Assembly: GCA_038248915.1 (NCBI GenBank)
Contig: JBBRXB010000001.1
Location: forward strand, 229,097-293,096
DNA length: 64,000 nt
Reading direction: 5' to 3'
From: Candidatus Limnocylindrales bacterium
GTDB taxonomy: Bacteria; Chloroflexota; Limnocylindria; Limnocylindrales; CSP1-4
Below are positions 53,144 through 62,635 of the stretch, one piece after another. Under the pieces are notes generated by a model. It saw only the letters and a program-made list of their open reading frames with translations, was not told the DNA's origin and did not search any database. The position numbers were made by a program, and so were the translations under genes. Position 1 is the first letter of the stretch; each line of letters opens with the position of its first letter.

Positions 53144-53947
53144 ATGACCGTTGTCACCCATGAGCTGAAGGCCTCGTATGCCTTCATCGAGCGCAACTTC
53201 AACCTGACTCGCCGCTATTGGGGCTGGGAGCTCGCCTTCCTGGTCTATTCCGTCGCGGGCGCGCTGTCGATCTCGCTCATCGGTGCGTCGCAGGGCAACG
53301 AGACCCTGTTGCTGTCGTTGATGATCGGCGCGATCTTCTGGAACTACCTGTCCGTCGTCTTCTCGTGGATCGCCGAGACGATCACCGTGGAGCGCTGGGA
53401 AGGCACCCTCGAATACACCATGATGGCGCCGATCCAGCGCTGGTCGCAGCTGCTCGGGTCGGTCCTGTATGCGATGGTCTACGGCCTGATCCACACCTCG
53501 GTCATCTTCGTGGCGCTCGTCCTGTTCTTCCCGCAGCTCGACCTGTCCGGCGCGAACCCGGCGACCGTCGTCGCGTTCATGCTGCTCGGTTCGTTCAGCT
53601 TCGTCGGCATCGGGATGATCGCTGCGATCCTGCCGCTCCTCTACGTCGAACGCGGGGCACAGATGACATTCGTGCTCCAGTCGGTTCTGCTGCTGGTCAG
53701 TGGCGTGTACTACTCGGTCGACATCCTCCCGCCGTGGATGCAGATGCTGTCGAAGCTGTCGCCGGCCACCTACGTCCTCGAGGGCGTCCGCGCCGGCCTG
53801 ATCGACGGCAAGCCGCTGGGCCAGCTCACCTATCTGGTCTGGCCGCTCATCGTGATGGGCGTCGTGCTCATCCCATTCGGGCTGTGGGCCTTCGGTCGTG
53901 CGGAGCACTACGCCAAGCGCACCGGCAAGCTCAAGCGGGTCGGCTGA
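53144..53947 (+). CDS. ABC-2 type transporter permease
   Basis: ATG 53144 has GGAG upstream. The product has six TM segments and an ABC-2 membrane pattern (FIERNFNLTRRYWGWEL...). Confidence 0.85.
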   Translation: MTVVTHELKASYAFIERNFNLTRRYWGWELAFLVYSVAGALSISLIGASQGNETLLLSLMIGAIFWNYLSVVFSWIAETITVERWEGTLEYTMMAPIQRWSQLLGSVLYAMVYGLIHTSVIFVALVLFFPQLDLSGANPATVVAFMLLGSFSFVGIGMIAAILPLLYVERGAQMTFVLQSVLLLVSGVYYSVDILPPWMQMLSKLSPATYVLEGVRAGLIDGKPLGQLTYLVWPLIVMGVVLIPFGLWAFGRAEHYAKRTGKLKRVG

Positions 53948-53948
53948 C

Positions 53949-55031
53949 ATGACACTCGAGGCGCTCGGTTGGGACGCCGGCTGGGCCCAGACCTTCGCGC
54001 CATTCGTGTCCCGCGGCCTGCGTCCTGCCCGGGTCGTGGCGGTCCATCGCGAGACCTCCATCGTTCGCGATGGCGGGGGTGACCGACCGGCCGGCGTGTC
54101 CGGGGCATTCCGGCACGGGGCGCTGGCCCACGTCGACTTCCCAGCGGTGGGTGACTGGGTCGTCCTGGACGCAGATTCGGTGATCAGCGCGATCCTGCCG
54201 CGGCGAAGCCTCTTCAAGCGGATGGCCGCCGATGGCAGCCGCCGCAATGGCGGGCTCGACGACGAGCAGATCATGGCCGCCAACGTCGATGTCGCCCTGC
54301 TCGTTGCGGGCCTGGACAACGACTTCAACCTTCGGCGCATCGAACGCTACCTGGCCGTCGCCTGGTCGAGCGAGATCACGCCGGTCGTCGTCCTGAACAA
54401 GGCCGACCTCGCCGATGACGTCGATGGCCGGCTGGTGGCCGTCGATGCGATCGCGCCGGGCGTGGCCACGGTCGCGGTCTCGGCCCGGACCGGTCAGGGC
54501 CTCGACGCCCTGCGTGCGCATCTCCGGCGCGGTGCCACCGCAGCGATCCTGGGTTCCTCGGGAGTCGGCAAGTCGACCCTGGTCAACGCCCTGTTGGGCG
54601 AAGACCGCCAGGCCACCGCCGAAGTCCGCGATTCCGATTCACGCGGCCGCCACACGACCACCCATCGCGAGTTGTTCGAACTGCCGGGTGGCGCGCTCCT
54701 GGTCGACACGCCGGGCATCCGCTCGCTCGAGGTCCTGGGCGCCGACGAGGGGGTCGATGCCGCCTTCGACGACGTCGTCGACATCGCCGCGACCTGCCGG
54801 TTCAGTGACTGCCGGCACGAGAGCGAACCGGACTGCGCGATCCGGGCAGCCCTTGCCGATGGCAGCCTGACCGAGGAGCGCCTGGCCAGCCACCGGAAGC
54901 TTGAGCGCGAGCTGGCCCGCGCCGCGCGCGAGGGCGACCCGCGCGCCCGAGCCGAACATCGCCGAACCTGGACGATCATCAGCAAGTCGGTCAACGAGCA
55001 CATGGACCGGAAGTACGGAGCCGAGCGATGA
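53949..55031 (+). CDS. rsgA: Ribosome small-subunit-dependent GTPase A
   Basis: The GTPase motifs are circularly permuted: VVLNKADL (G4), GSSGVGKSTLVNAL (G1) and DTPG (G3). A C-terminal zinc cluster follows (CRFSDCRHESEPDC). Confidence 0.9.
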   Translation: MTLEALGWDAGWAQTFAPFVSRGLRPARVVAVHRETSIVRDGGGDRPAGVSGAFRHGALAHVDFPAVGDWVVLDADSVISAILPRRSLFKRMAADGSRRNGGLDDEQIMAANVDVALLVAGLDNDFNLRRIERYLAVAWSSEITPVVVLNKADLADDVDGRLVAVDAIAPGVATVAVSARTGQGLDALRAHLRRGATAAILGSSGVGKSTLVNALLGEDRQATAEVRDSDSRGRHTTTHRELFELPGGALLVDTPGIRSLEVLGADEGVDAAFDDVVDIAATCRFSDCRHESEPDCAIRAALADGSLTEERLASHRKLERELARAAREGDPRARAEHRRTWTIISKSVNEHMDRKYGAER

Positions 55032-56128
55032 CATCGACCGAGACGACCCACGCCGCCGGGGCGACCCAGACGCCCGAGACCACCCAACGCCACCGCCTAC
55101 CCGACCCGGCCATGGCGCCGCCGATCCCGGGCCTGCACGCGCGGCCGTTCCACGACTTGGGCGACTACACGTTGCTCTCCGGGCTGCACATCGCGGCCAA
55201 CGAGCACGACGGCATCCCCTACCTGCCGATGGCGGCCACGCTCGAGGTCGAGATGGAGGGCTCCGAGGGGGCTCGGTCCATCGATGACGTCGTGTTCGTC
55301 GAGATCGATGGCCGGGCCGTGGCCGCGGCCGGCGTGGAGCGGGTCGTCCGGCAGGTGCCCCAGTACCAGGTCTGGGGCGTGGTCGATCCCGCCTGGCGGC
55401 GGCGCGGTCTGGGCACGTGGCTGATGGCCTGGACCGTCGACCACACGACGGAACGCATCGCCCGTGAGGATCCGTCTGGCCCGGTCGAGTTCGCCGCGTT
55501 CGCCGAGGAGCTGTCGATCGGTCATCGCGCGCTGCTCGCAGGGACGGGCTTCACGCCGGTCCGGCACTTCTTCCTGATGCATCGGACCCGCCTCGACGAC
55601 GTGCCGGAGGTGCCGTTGCCCGACGGGTTCGAGATCCGGCCGGTGGCCGAGGCCCATCGGCGGCTCATCGTCGAGGCCGAGAACGAGGGCTTCCGTGACC
55701 ATTGGGGCCATCGCGAGATGACCGAGAGCACGATCCACACGACCTATGCCAAGCCGGAGCTCGACACCGATCTGTGGGTCGTCGCGTGGGCCGGTGACGA
55801 GATCGCCGGGGTCGTCCAGAACTGGGTCTGGCCGGAGGAGAACGAGCGACTCGGGGTCAAGCGTGGCTGGCTCGAGCACATCAGCGTCCGCCGGCCGTGG
55901 CGCCGGCGCGGCCTGGCCCGGGCGATCACCGCGGCCTCGCTCATCCGGCTCCGCGAGGCGGGGCTGGACGACGCGATGCTGGGGGTCGACTCCGAGAACG
56001 CCAACGGCGCGCTCGGGCTGTACGCAGGGCTCGGCTTCGCGATCGCCAGCCGGGCCGCGGCGTACCGACGACCGCTCCAGCGCCGAGGACGCCCCGGGGC
56101 TGGCTCTAGCGAACGACCGGTCCCGTGA
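55028..56128 (+). CDS. Two-domain GNAT acetyltransferase (mycothiol synthase MshD-like architecture)
   Basis: Two acetyl-CoA motif A copies are present (VDPAWRRRGLGTWLM and VRRPWRRRGLARAIT). Its ATG overlaps the rsgA stop (ATGA). Confidence 0.7.
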   Translation: MTSTETTHAAGATQTPETTQRHRLPDPAMAPPIPGLHARPFHDLGDYTLLSGLHIAANEHDGIPYLPMAATLEVEMEGSEGARSIDDVVFVEIDGRAVAAAGVERVVRQVPQYQVWGVVDPAWRRRGLGTWLMAWTVDHTTERIAREDPSGPVEFAAFAEELSIGHRALLAGTGFTPVRHFFLMHRTRLDDVPEVPLPDGFEIRPVAEAHRRLIVEAENEGFRDHWGHREMTESTIHTTYAKPELDTDLWVVAWAGDEIAGVVQNWVWPEENERLGVKRGWLEHISVRRPWRRRGLARAITAASLIRLREAGLDDAMLGVDSENANGALGLYAGLGFAIASRAAAYRRPLQRRGRPGAGSSERPVP

Positions 56129-56411
56129 AGGTGAGCGTCTCGGTCCCGAGCTGGCCTGCCAGCAGCCGGACCGAGCCGTCGGTCGTGTCGTACACGATGA
56201 TCGACGCCGCATCCGACGAGGTGGCGCCGTCGGGTGTCCGGTTCGCGTCGTACTGGTCCCAGCGGTCGAACGCCCGGGCGAACGTGTCGTGGGTCACGTC
56301 GACCGCGGCATCGGGATCGCGGAGGATCGCCAGGGCGACGCGGTAGACATCGTCGGCGTGGTCTCGATACGCGAGTTCCACGGCGCGCCAGCGAGAGTCG
56401 CGATCGTCCAT
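56106..56411 (-). pseudogene. Truncated ECF sigma factor remnant (region 2 only) joined to an unrelated beta-rich tail
   Basis: AVELAYRDHADDVYRVALAILRDPDAAVDVTHDTFARAFDRWDQYD matches the sigma-70 region 2.1-2.2 pattern. No region 2.4 or region 4 follows. Instead the ORF ends in TPDGATSSDAASIIVYDTTDGSVRLLAGQLGTETLTFTGPVVR. It overlaps the convergent GNAT gene by 23 nt. Confidence 0.5.
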
Positions 56412-56446
56412 GCCTCAACTACGTTCCGGGGGGCGCGATCCTTGCA

Positions 56447-57085
56447 TCAGGCCAGGAGCTGGCCGGCACCCCGCACGAGCTCCAGCCACGGCCGCTCTCG
56501 GCCGATGGTCGTGGCGTTGCCATGGCCCGGGAAGACCGCGACGTGGTCCTCGAGCTCCGTCAGTCGCCCGAGCGAGGCCACCATCGCGTCCGGATCGCCG
56601 CCGGGCAGGTCGACCCGCCCCCAGCCGCCCTGGAACAGGGTGTCGCCACTGAACAGGAGATGCTGGTCCTCGGCCAGCAGGCACACGGAGCCCTCCGTGT
56701 GCCCGGGCGTGTGCAGGACACGCAAGCGGATCTCGCCGAAGCGGATCACGCCACCCTCCGCCAGGTCGACTGCGGGGACCGACGGCGGGATCTCGAACGG
56801 GGCGGCGATCGGGCGCGGATCGGTCAGCCGTTCGCGGTCGAGTGGATGCACGGCGATGTCGGCGCCCGTGTGCGCGGCCACCGCGGCGTTGTCGCCGATG
56901 TGGTCCCAGTGGCCGTGGCTCGAGATGATCAGCTTGAGCGTCCAGTTGCGCGCCGTGAGCTCATCGGCGATCCAGGCCAGCGATGGCGTGGCGGTGTCGA
57001 TGGCGATGGCCTCGCGCGAGCGCGGGTCGGCCAGAACGTGGACGTTGGTTGCGATCGGCCCGATGACCCGGCTGAGGCGTTCCAT
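56447..57085 (-). CDS. MBL-fold metallo-hydrolase (hydroxyacylglutathione hydrolase GloB-like)
   Basis: Motifs are SSHGHWDHIG (HxHxDH), HTPGHTEGS and FPGHG. Confidence 0.85.
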   Translation of the reverse strand: MERLSRVIGPIATNVHVLADPRSREAIAIDTATPSLAWIADELTARNWTLKLIISSHGHWDHIGDNAAVAAHTGADIAVHPLDRERLTDPRPIAAPFEIPPSVPAVDLAEGGVIRFGEIRLRVLHTPGHTEGSVCLLAEDQHLLFSGDTLFQGGWGRVDLPGGDPDAMVASLGRLTELEDHVAVFPGHGNATTIGRERPWLELVRGAGQLLA

Positions 57086-57107
57086 GTCGATCGTTCGCGC
57101 CCGGGCG

Positions 57108-57554
57108 TCAGGCCTCGAGCTTCGTCCGCATGCAGTCGAAGGTCTGGCCGATCATCTTGTCCGCCGTCCCCTCGATGAGCCGCGCGCCGACGCTGGCGAG
57201 GGTGCCCGACAGGTTCACGTCGGCGGTCCAGTCCATGACCGTCGAGCCATCCCCATCCGGACCATCCGAGAGGCGCATCTCCGCCGTGGCATCGACCGCG
57301 CTGCCGGGGGCCTGGCCGTGGGCCTTGATGACCGCGCGGTCCGGCGGCTGCTGCTCGGCGAACTCCATGTTCACGTTGAACCGGGCGTTGATGAACCCGA
57401 TCCCGACCTTGGCCGTCGCCTTGAAGTGGGTATCGTCGACGACCTCGATCTTCTCGACGCCGGGGCCGCACTGGCCGACCTGGTCCGGATCGGTGACGAA
57501 GGCCCAGACCTTCTCGCGGGACGCCTTGATCGGCACGGAACCTTCGAAGTGCAT
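57108..57554 (-). CDS. coxG: CoxG-like SRPBCC protein (carbon monoxide dehydrogenase subunit G family)
   Basis: The product starts MHFEGSVPIKASREKVWAFVTDPDQV and contains ASVGARLIEGTADKMIGQ, which fits the CoxG/PF06240 pattern. It lies within the cox cluster. Confidence 0.8.
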   Translation of the reverse strand: MHFEGSVPIKASREKVWAFVTDPDQVGQCGPGVEKIEVVDDTHFKATAKVGIGFINARFNVNMEFAEQQPPDRAVIKAHGQAPGSAVDATAEMRLSDGPDGDGSTVMDWTADVNLSGTLASVGARLIEGTADKMIGQTFDCMRTKLEA

Positions 57555-57589
57555 GCGGGCCCTCCAGGGGTCGATCGGTGGGAGGCGGA

Positions 57590-58639
57590 CTAGTCGGGCG
57601 ATGATACCGAGGCGAGGACGTACGCCGTCGGCTCGCGGATGAAGCTCGTCCGGCAGCCCATCGAGCAGAACGCGTAGACGATCCCGTCGTGCTCGGCCAG
57701 GTGGCGTGCATGCGCCCGGTCCACGGTCATGCCACAGACCGGGTCGAGCAGCACGATATCGTCCACGACGGGCTCGAGGGCCGGCGCCGGCCCAGGTGCG
57801 CCGCCGCTCGCGCCCGCAAGCGTCGCCGGTCCGGGCGACGCCACGAAGGTCGCCGTCCCGCGCCGGACCTGGACGAGCTCGGCCAGGATCGACAGGCCGA
57901 CCTCCTCGGCGGTCTCGCCTCCGAGGTCAAGCCCGGCCGGGGCGCGGAGCGCGGCCAGCCGCTCCTCCGGGACGCCGCCCTCGTCGCGCAACCAGGCCCG
58001 CACGACGGCGGCACGGGTCGGCGAGGCGACCAGGCCGACGTACGACGCGTCACGACCAAGGGCCGCCACGAGGGCCTCTTCATCCCAGATCCCCTGCGTC
58101 GCGACGACGATGGCCGGCGCGGCACCCGGATCGAGCCCGGCGATGTCGGTGCCCGTGACGACGCGCTCCGCGCCCGGGAAGGCGTCCGGATCGGCGATCG
58201 GGTCGAAGATCGACACGCGCCAGCCGGCCGCTGACCCGAGGGCGACCAGGGCACCAGCGATCGGCGTGGTCCCGGCGACCCACAGGACCGGAGCAGGCAG
58301 ATGCGGTTCCACATAGATCTCCAGCGTGCCGCCCGAATGGCAGGTCATGACCAGCTCCACGACGCCGTCGCCGCGACGACCCTCGGCCGGCACGTCCTTC
58401 GACAGCCGCAGGAGCCGAGGCCGACCGTCCGCGAGCGCCCGCAGCGCTTCGCGCACGACGACCGGCTGGGCGCAGCTGCCGCCGACCCAGCCCTCGATCG
58501 AGCCGTCCGGGTGGATGAGCCCGGCCGCCCCGGGCCGTGCCGATGTCGGCCGCTTGACCGCCACGACCGTCGCGAACGCGAACGGACGGCCCGCGGCGTC
58601 GAGCTCGGCCGCTCGCGCGAAGATCGCCCGTGAGGTCAT
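57590..58639 (-). CDS. XdhC/CoxI-family maturation factor fused to a C-terminal YHS (TRASH-type) domain
   Basis: The XdhC_CoxI N-terminal domain shows FAFATVVAVKRPTSARPGAAGLIHPDGSIEGWVGGSC. A Rossmann-like XdhC_C domain follows. The C-terminus DPVCGMTVDRAHARHLAEHDGIVYAFCSMGC is the YHS motif pattern. ATG is at 58639. Confidence 0.8.
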   Translation of the reverse strand: MTSRAIFARAAELDAAGRPFAFATVVAVKRPTSARPGAAGLIHPDGSIEGWVGGSCAQPVVVREALRALADGRPRLLRLSKDVPAEGRRGDGVVELVMTCHSGGTLEIYVEPHLPAPVLWVAGTTPIAGALVALGSAAGWRVSIFDPIADPDAFPGAERVVTGTDIAGLDPGAAPAIVVATQGIWDEEALVAALGRDASYVGLVASPTRAAVVRAWLRDEGGVPEERLAALRAPAGLDLGGETAEEVGLSILAELVQVRRGTATFVASPGPATLAGASGGAPGPAPALEPVVDDIVLLDPVCGMTVDRAHARHLAEHDGIVYAFCSMGCRTSFIREPTAYVLASVSSPD

Positions 58640-58643
58640 GCCC

Positions 58644-61028
58644 CTACGAGATGCCCTTGTCGTGCAGGATCGCCCAGACCTTCTGGGGCGTGATCGGGAT
58701 GTCGATGTTGCGGACGCCGAGGTGCCACAGGGCATCGACGACGGCGTTGGCGATGGCCGGCGGAGCGCCCACGGTGGCCGACTCCCCCACCCCTTTTGCG
58801 CCGATCGGGTGATGCGGCGATGGGGTGGTCGTCTTGCCGGTCTCCCACGCAGGTGATTCGACAGCGGTCGGGATCAGGTAATCCATGAACGTGCCGGCCA
58901 TGTTGTTGCCCAGCTCGTCGTAGGTGATCTCCTCGTACAGCGACGGCGCGAGACCCATGTTGAGGCCACCGTGGATCTGGCCGTCGACGATCATCGGGTT
59001 GATGATGTTGCCGCAGTCGTCGATCGCGACGAAGCGGCGGACATGCACCTGCCCCGTCCCCTTGTCGATGTCGACGACGCAGATGTAGCTCCCGAACGGG
59101 AAGGTCAGGTTCGGCGGATCGTAGTAGTCGACCGCCTCGAGGCCGGCCTCCATCCCATCCGGCAGGTTCGTATAGGCCGCAAAGGCCACCTCCTGGATCG
59201 TCTTGAACCGGTCCGGCGAGCCCTTCACGGTGAATCTGCCGGGCTCCCAGTCGAGGTCGTCCTCGTTGGCCTCCAGCAAGTGGGCGGCGATCTTGCGGGC
59301 CTTGGCCAGGATCTTGCGCGAGGCCATCGCGGTCGCAGCGCCCGCGACGGGCGTCGAACGCGAGGCATACGTCCCGAGGCCGTAGGGCGCCGTGTCCGTA
59401 TCGCCCTCCTCGATCTTGATGTCCTGCACTGGGAAGCCGAGTTCCTCGGCGATGATCTGGGCGAACGTCGTCTCGTGGCCCTGGCCCTGGCTCTGGACAC
59501 CGAGCCGGGCGAGGACCTTGCCGGTCGGGTGGACGCGGATCTCGCACGAATCGAACATCTTGATGCCCAGGATGTCGAAATCATGCGATGGGCCGGCCCC
59601 GACGATCTCGGTGAAGCTGCTGATGCCGATGCCCATCAGCTCGCCGTTGGCGCGCTTGATGGCCTGCTCCTGGCGGAGCCCGGCGTAGTCGATGGTGTCC
59701 ATGGCGAGCTTGAGCGCGGCCGGATAGTTGCCCGAGTCGTACGACCAGCCGGTCGGCGTCTTGTACGGGAACTGCTCGGGCTGGATGAAGTTCTCCATCC
59801 GGAGCTGGGCCGGGTCCTTGCCGATCTGGTGGGCGAGGATATCGACCATCCGCTCGATGGCGTGGACCGCCTCGGTCACGCGGAAGGAGCAGCGGTAGGC
59901 GACGCCGCCGGGCGGCTTGTTGGTGTAGACGCCGTCGACCTCGACGAACGCGTTCGCGAAGTCGTATGAGCCGGTGATGACGTTGAACAGACCGGCCGGG
60001 TACTTCGACGGGTCGGCCGCGGCGTCCGTGTAGCCGTGGTCCGCGATGGTCTTCGCCTTGACCGAAGTGATCTTGCCGTCCTTGGTGGCGCCCATCTCGG
60101 CGTGGATGTGGTAATCGCGAGCGAACGAGTCGGCCTGCAGATTTTCTGAGCGATCCTCGATCCACTTGACGGGTTTGCCGATGAGGAAGGATGCGGCGAC
60201 GGCGAGGACATAACCTGGGTAGACCGGCACCTTGCCGCCGAACCCGCCGCCGATGTCGTGCGTCTTGACCCGGATGTTCTGCTCGGAGATGGGCAGTCCA
60301 GCCCCGCCGGCCACGAGGGCCAGCACCGTCCGGATGGCGTGCGGTGCCTGGCTGGTCATGTGCAGGGTCAGCTGGCTGCGGACGGGGTCCCAGTCGGCGA
60401 CACATCCGCACGTCTCGATCGAGGCGACGTGGATCCGGGGGATGTAGATGTCCTGTTCGATGTGGACGTCGGCCGCCGCGAGGTCGGCGTCGGTCGCCGC
60501 ACGGTCACCGGACTCCCAGTGCCAGATGTGGTTGTTCTGTTTGCCCTCGCCTCGATCGGGTCGGAGGACGAAGGCGTCGGGCTCGAGCGCCTTGTGGGGG
60601 TCGACGATGACCGGCAGCGGCTCGTAGTCGACCAGGACGGCAGCGACGCCGTCGGCGGCGATGTACTTGGTCGTGGCGATGACGGCCGCGACTTCCTGGC
60701 TCTGGTACATGACCGTGTCGGTCGGAAGCACCATCTGCATGTCGCCGGCCAGGGTCGGCATCCAGTGCAGCTTGTAGCCCTCCAGGTCCTTGCCGGTGAT
60801 GACCGCCAGGACGCCCGGGATCTTGAGCGCCTCGGTGGCGTCGATGCCCTTGATCGTGGCGTGGGCGTACGGGCTGCGAACGATGTCCAGCCACAGCTGG
60901 CCGGGCAGGTTGACGTCGTCGATGTACTCGCCGCGACCGCGGATGAAGCGCGGGTCTTCCTTGCGCTTGACCGAGTGGCCCATGCCCCCGATCTCGGCGC
61001 TGGTGCGGGGCTGTGCTTCGGTGGTCAT
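58644..61028 (-). CDS. coxL: Aerobic carbon monoxide dehydrogenase large subunit, form I signature
   Basis: This is a molybdopterin-binding XDH-family large subunit. The active-site loop reads GGVAYRCSFR, the AYxCSFR signature that distinguishes form I CoxL. ATG 61028 has GGGGAG upstream. Confidence 0.9.
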   Translation of the reverse strand: MTTEAQPRTSAEIGGMGHSVKRKEDPRFIRGRGEYIDDVNLPGQLWLDIVRSPYAHATIKGIDATEALKIPGVLAVITGKDLEGYKLHWMPTLAGDMQMVLPTDTVMYQSQEVAAVIATTKYIAADGVAAVLVDYEPLPVIVDPHKALEPDAFVLRPDRGEGKQNNHIWHWESGDRAATDADLAAADVHIEQDIYIPRIHVASIETCGCVADWDPVRSQLTLHMTSQAPHAIRTVLALVAGGAGLPISEQNIRVKTHDIGGGFGGKVPVYPGYVLAVAASFLIGKPVKWIEDRSENLQADSFARDYHIHAEMGATKDGKITSVKAKTIADHGYTDAAADPSKYPAGLFNVITGSYDFANAFVEVDGVYTNKPPGGVAYRCSFRVTEAVHAIERMVDILAHQIGKDPAQLRMENFIQPEQFPYKTPTGWSYDSGNYPAALKLAMDTIDYAGLRQEQAIKRANGELMGIGISSFTEIVGAGPSHDFDILGIKMFDSCEIRVHPTGKVLARLGVQSQGQGHETTFAQIIAEELGFPVQDIKIEEGDTDTAPYGLGTYASRSTPVAGAATAMASRKILAKARKIAAHLLEANEDDLDWEPGRFTVKGSPDRFKTIQEVAFAAYTNLPDGMEAGLEAVDYYDPPNLTFPFGSYICVVDIDKGTGQVHVRRFVAIDDCGNIINPMIVDGQIHGGLNMGLAPSLYEEITYDELGNNMAGTFMDYLIPTAVESPAWETGKTTTPSPHHPIGAKGVGESATVGAPPAIANAVVDALWHLGVRNIDIPITPQKVWAILHDKGIS

Positions 61029-61043
61029 CTCGTCACTCCCCGC

Positions 61044-61562
61044 TCAACCGGCCGCGACCGGCGCAGCGCCGGCGGTCTGGACGTCGGCGGCGGCGGCCAT
61101 GTCGCCGGCCGCCTGCTGGATCGCCTTGACGATGTTCACGTAGCCGGTGCAGCGGCACAGGTTGCCGCTGATCCCCCAGCGGATCTCCTCCTCGGATGGG
61201 TCCGGGTTGTCGGCCAGCAGCCAGGCGGCCTGCATGATCATCCCCGGGGTACAGAAGCCGCACTGCAGGCCGTGCTGGTCCCAGAACGCCTGCTGGAGCG
61301 GATGGAGGATGGCGCCATCGGCCATGCCCTCGATGGTCTTGATCTCGCGACCATCGGCCTGGACGGCGAACATCGTGCACGACTTGGCGCTCTCGCCATC
61401 GATGTGGACGGTGCACGCGCCGCAGTTGCTGGTGTCGCAGCCGACATGCGTGCCGGTCAGCCCGAGATCGTCGCGAAGGAGGTGGACGAGAAGCAGGCGC
61501 GCCTCGACGTCGGCCTCGTGCGCCTCGCCATTGACGGTGACGGTGATGTGCTGGGTGGTCAT
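61044..61562 (-). CDS. coxS: CO dehydrogenase small subunit, [2Fe-2S]x2
   Basis: The cysteine motifs are [12 protein letters not shown] and [11 protein letters not shown]...LCRCTGY. Confidence 0.92.
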   Translation of the reverse strand: MTTQHITVTVNGEAHEADVEARLLLVHLLRDDLGLTGTHVGCDTSNCGACTVHIDGESAKSCTMFAVQADGREIKTIEGMADGAILHPLQQAFWDQHGLQCGFCTPGMIMQAAWLLADNPDPSEEEIRWGISGNLCRCTGYVNIVKAIQQAAGDMAAAADVQTAGAAPVAAG

Positions 61563-61574
61563 GGTGCGGGTCTC

Positions 61575-62450
61575 CTACGCGTTCGCGAGCGCGCGTTCGG
61601 TGGCGCGGCGGAGGGCCCTGAGGGTCAACTCTGCGGCCATCGCCCGCTTGTATTCGACCGGACCGCGGACGTCGCCGGCCGGGCGGCTCTGCGCCCCGGC
61701 TGCCGCGCCCGCCTGGCGGAAGATCTCGTCCGACGGCGCCTGGCCGGCCAGGATGGCCTCGGCGTCGGTCGAGGCGAAGGGCGTCTCGGCGACACCGGTC
61801 AGCGCGACGCCGGCGGTCGTGATCCGGCCATCCGGGTCGAGCCGGACGACGGCCGCGACCCCGACCGTGGCGAAGTCACCGACCTTGCGCTCGAGCTTCT
61901 CGTAGGCACCGCCGGCGCCGCGAGGTCGTCGCGGGACGCGGATCTCGGTGAGGACCTCGGTCGGCTCGATGGCGGTCTGGAACGTGTCCACGAAGAAGTC
62001 GCGCGCGGCGATCGTGCGCTCGCCGGTCTGACTGCGGCACACGATCGTGGCATTCGTTGCGATCAGCACGGCCGGCCAGTCCGAGGCCGGGTCGGCGTGG
62101 GCGACCGAGCCACCGATCGTCCCCCAGTTGCGGACCTGCGGGTCGCCGATGAGGGCGGTCACGTCGTGCAGGAGCGGGTAGCGGTCGCGGACGATCGGGG
62201 CTTCGTGGATGCGACGGTGGGTCGCCTTGGCACCGATGCTCAGGTGATCATCGGTCTCGGCGATGTCCGCCAGGCCGGTGACGTCGCGCAGGTCGACGAG
62301 CAGGGCCGGCTGTGCGAGCCGGAGCTTGATGAACGGGATCAGGCTGTAGCCGCCGGACAGCAGCTTGGCTTCGCCCTCGCGGTCCTTGAGGATGCGGAGG
62401 ACCTCGTCCAGGTTGGCCGGACGGGCGTACTCGAACTGGCCTGGAATCAT
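61575..62450 (-). CDS. coxM: CO dehydrogenase medium subunit, FAD-binding
   Basis: The product starts [21 protein letters not shown], followed by [16 protein letters not shown] and a FAD_binding_5 / CO_deh_flav_C layout. ATG 62450 has GGAGGAGGG upstream. Confidence 0.9.
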   Translation of the reverse strand: MIPGQFEYARPANLDEVLRILKDREGEAKLLSGGYSLIPFIKLRLAQPALLVDLRDVTGLADIAETDDHLSIGAKATHRRIHEAPIVRDRYPLLHDVTALIGDPQVRNWGTIGGSVAHADPASDWPAVLIATNATIVCRSQTGERTIAARDFFVDTFQTAIEPTEVLTEIRVPRRPRGAGGAYEKLERKVGDFATVGVAAVVRLDPDGRITTAGVALTGVAETPFASTDAEAILAGQAPSDEIFRQAGAAAGAQSRPAGDVRGPVEYKRAMAAELTLRALRRATERALANA

Positions 62451-62605
62451 CGCGCTTGGACCCTCCTCCCCGCTCGGGCGGGGGCGAATTCGGCCCGTTC
62501 GGCCCGAACAGGCACAGAGCGGTGGCGACGAGCACGGACCTCGGCCGAAGTCGCGTCTCCAGGCCACGACCGCGGGTCCGGGAAATCTAGGGATCGGATG
62601 CGGGC

Positions 62606-62635
62606 AGTATCCGTCCGGGGTCGTTCACCCGTCAA
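62606..62635 (-). promoter_or_regulatory. Candidate cox promoter TTGACG-18-GATACT
   Basis: On the minus strand the -35 is at 62635-62630 and the -10 at 62611-62606, about 150 nt upstream of the coxM ATG. Confidence 0.35.
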
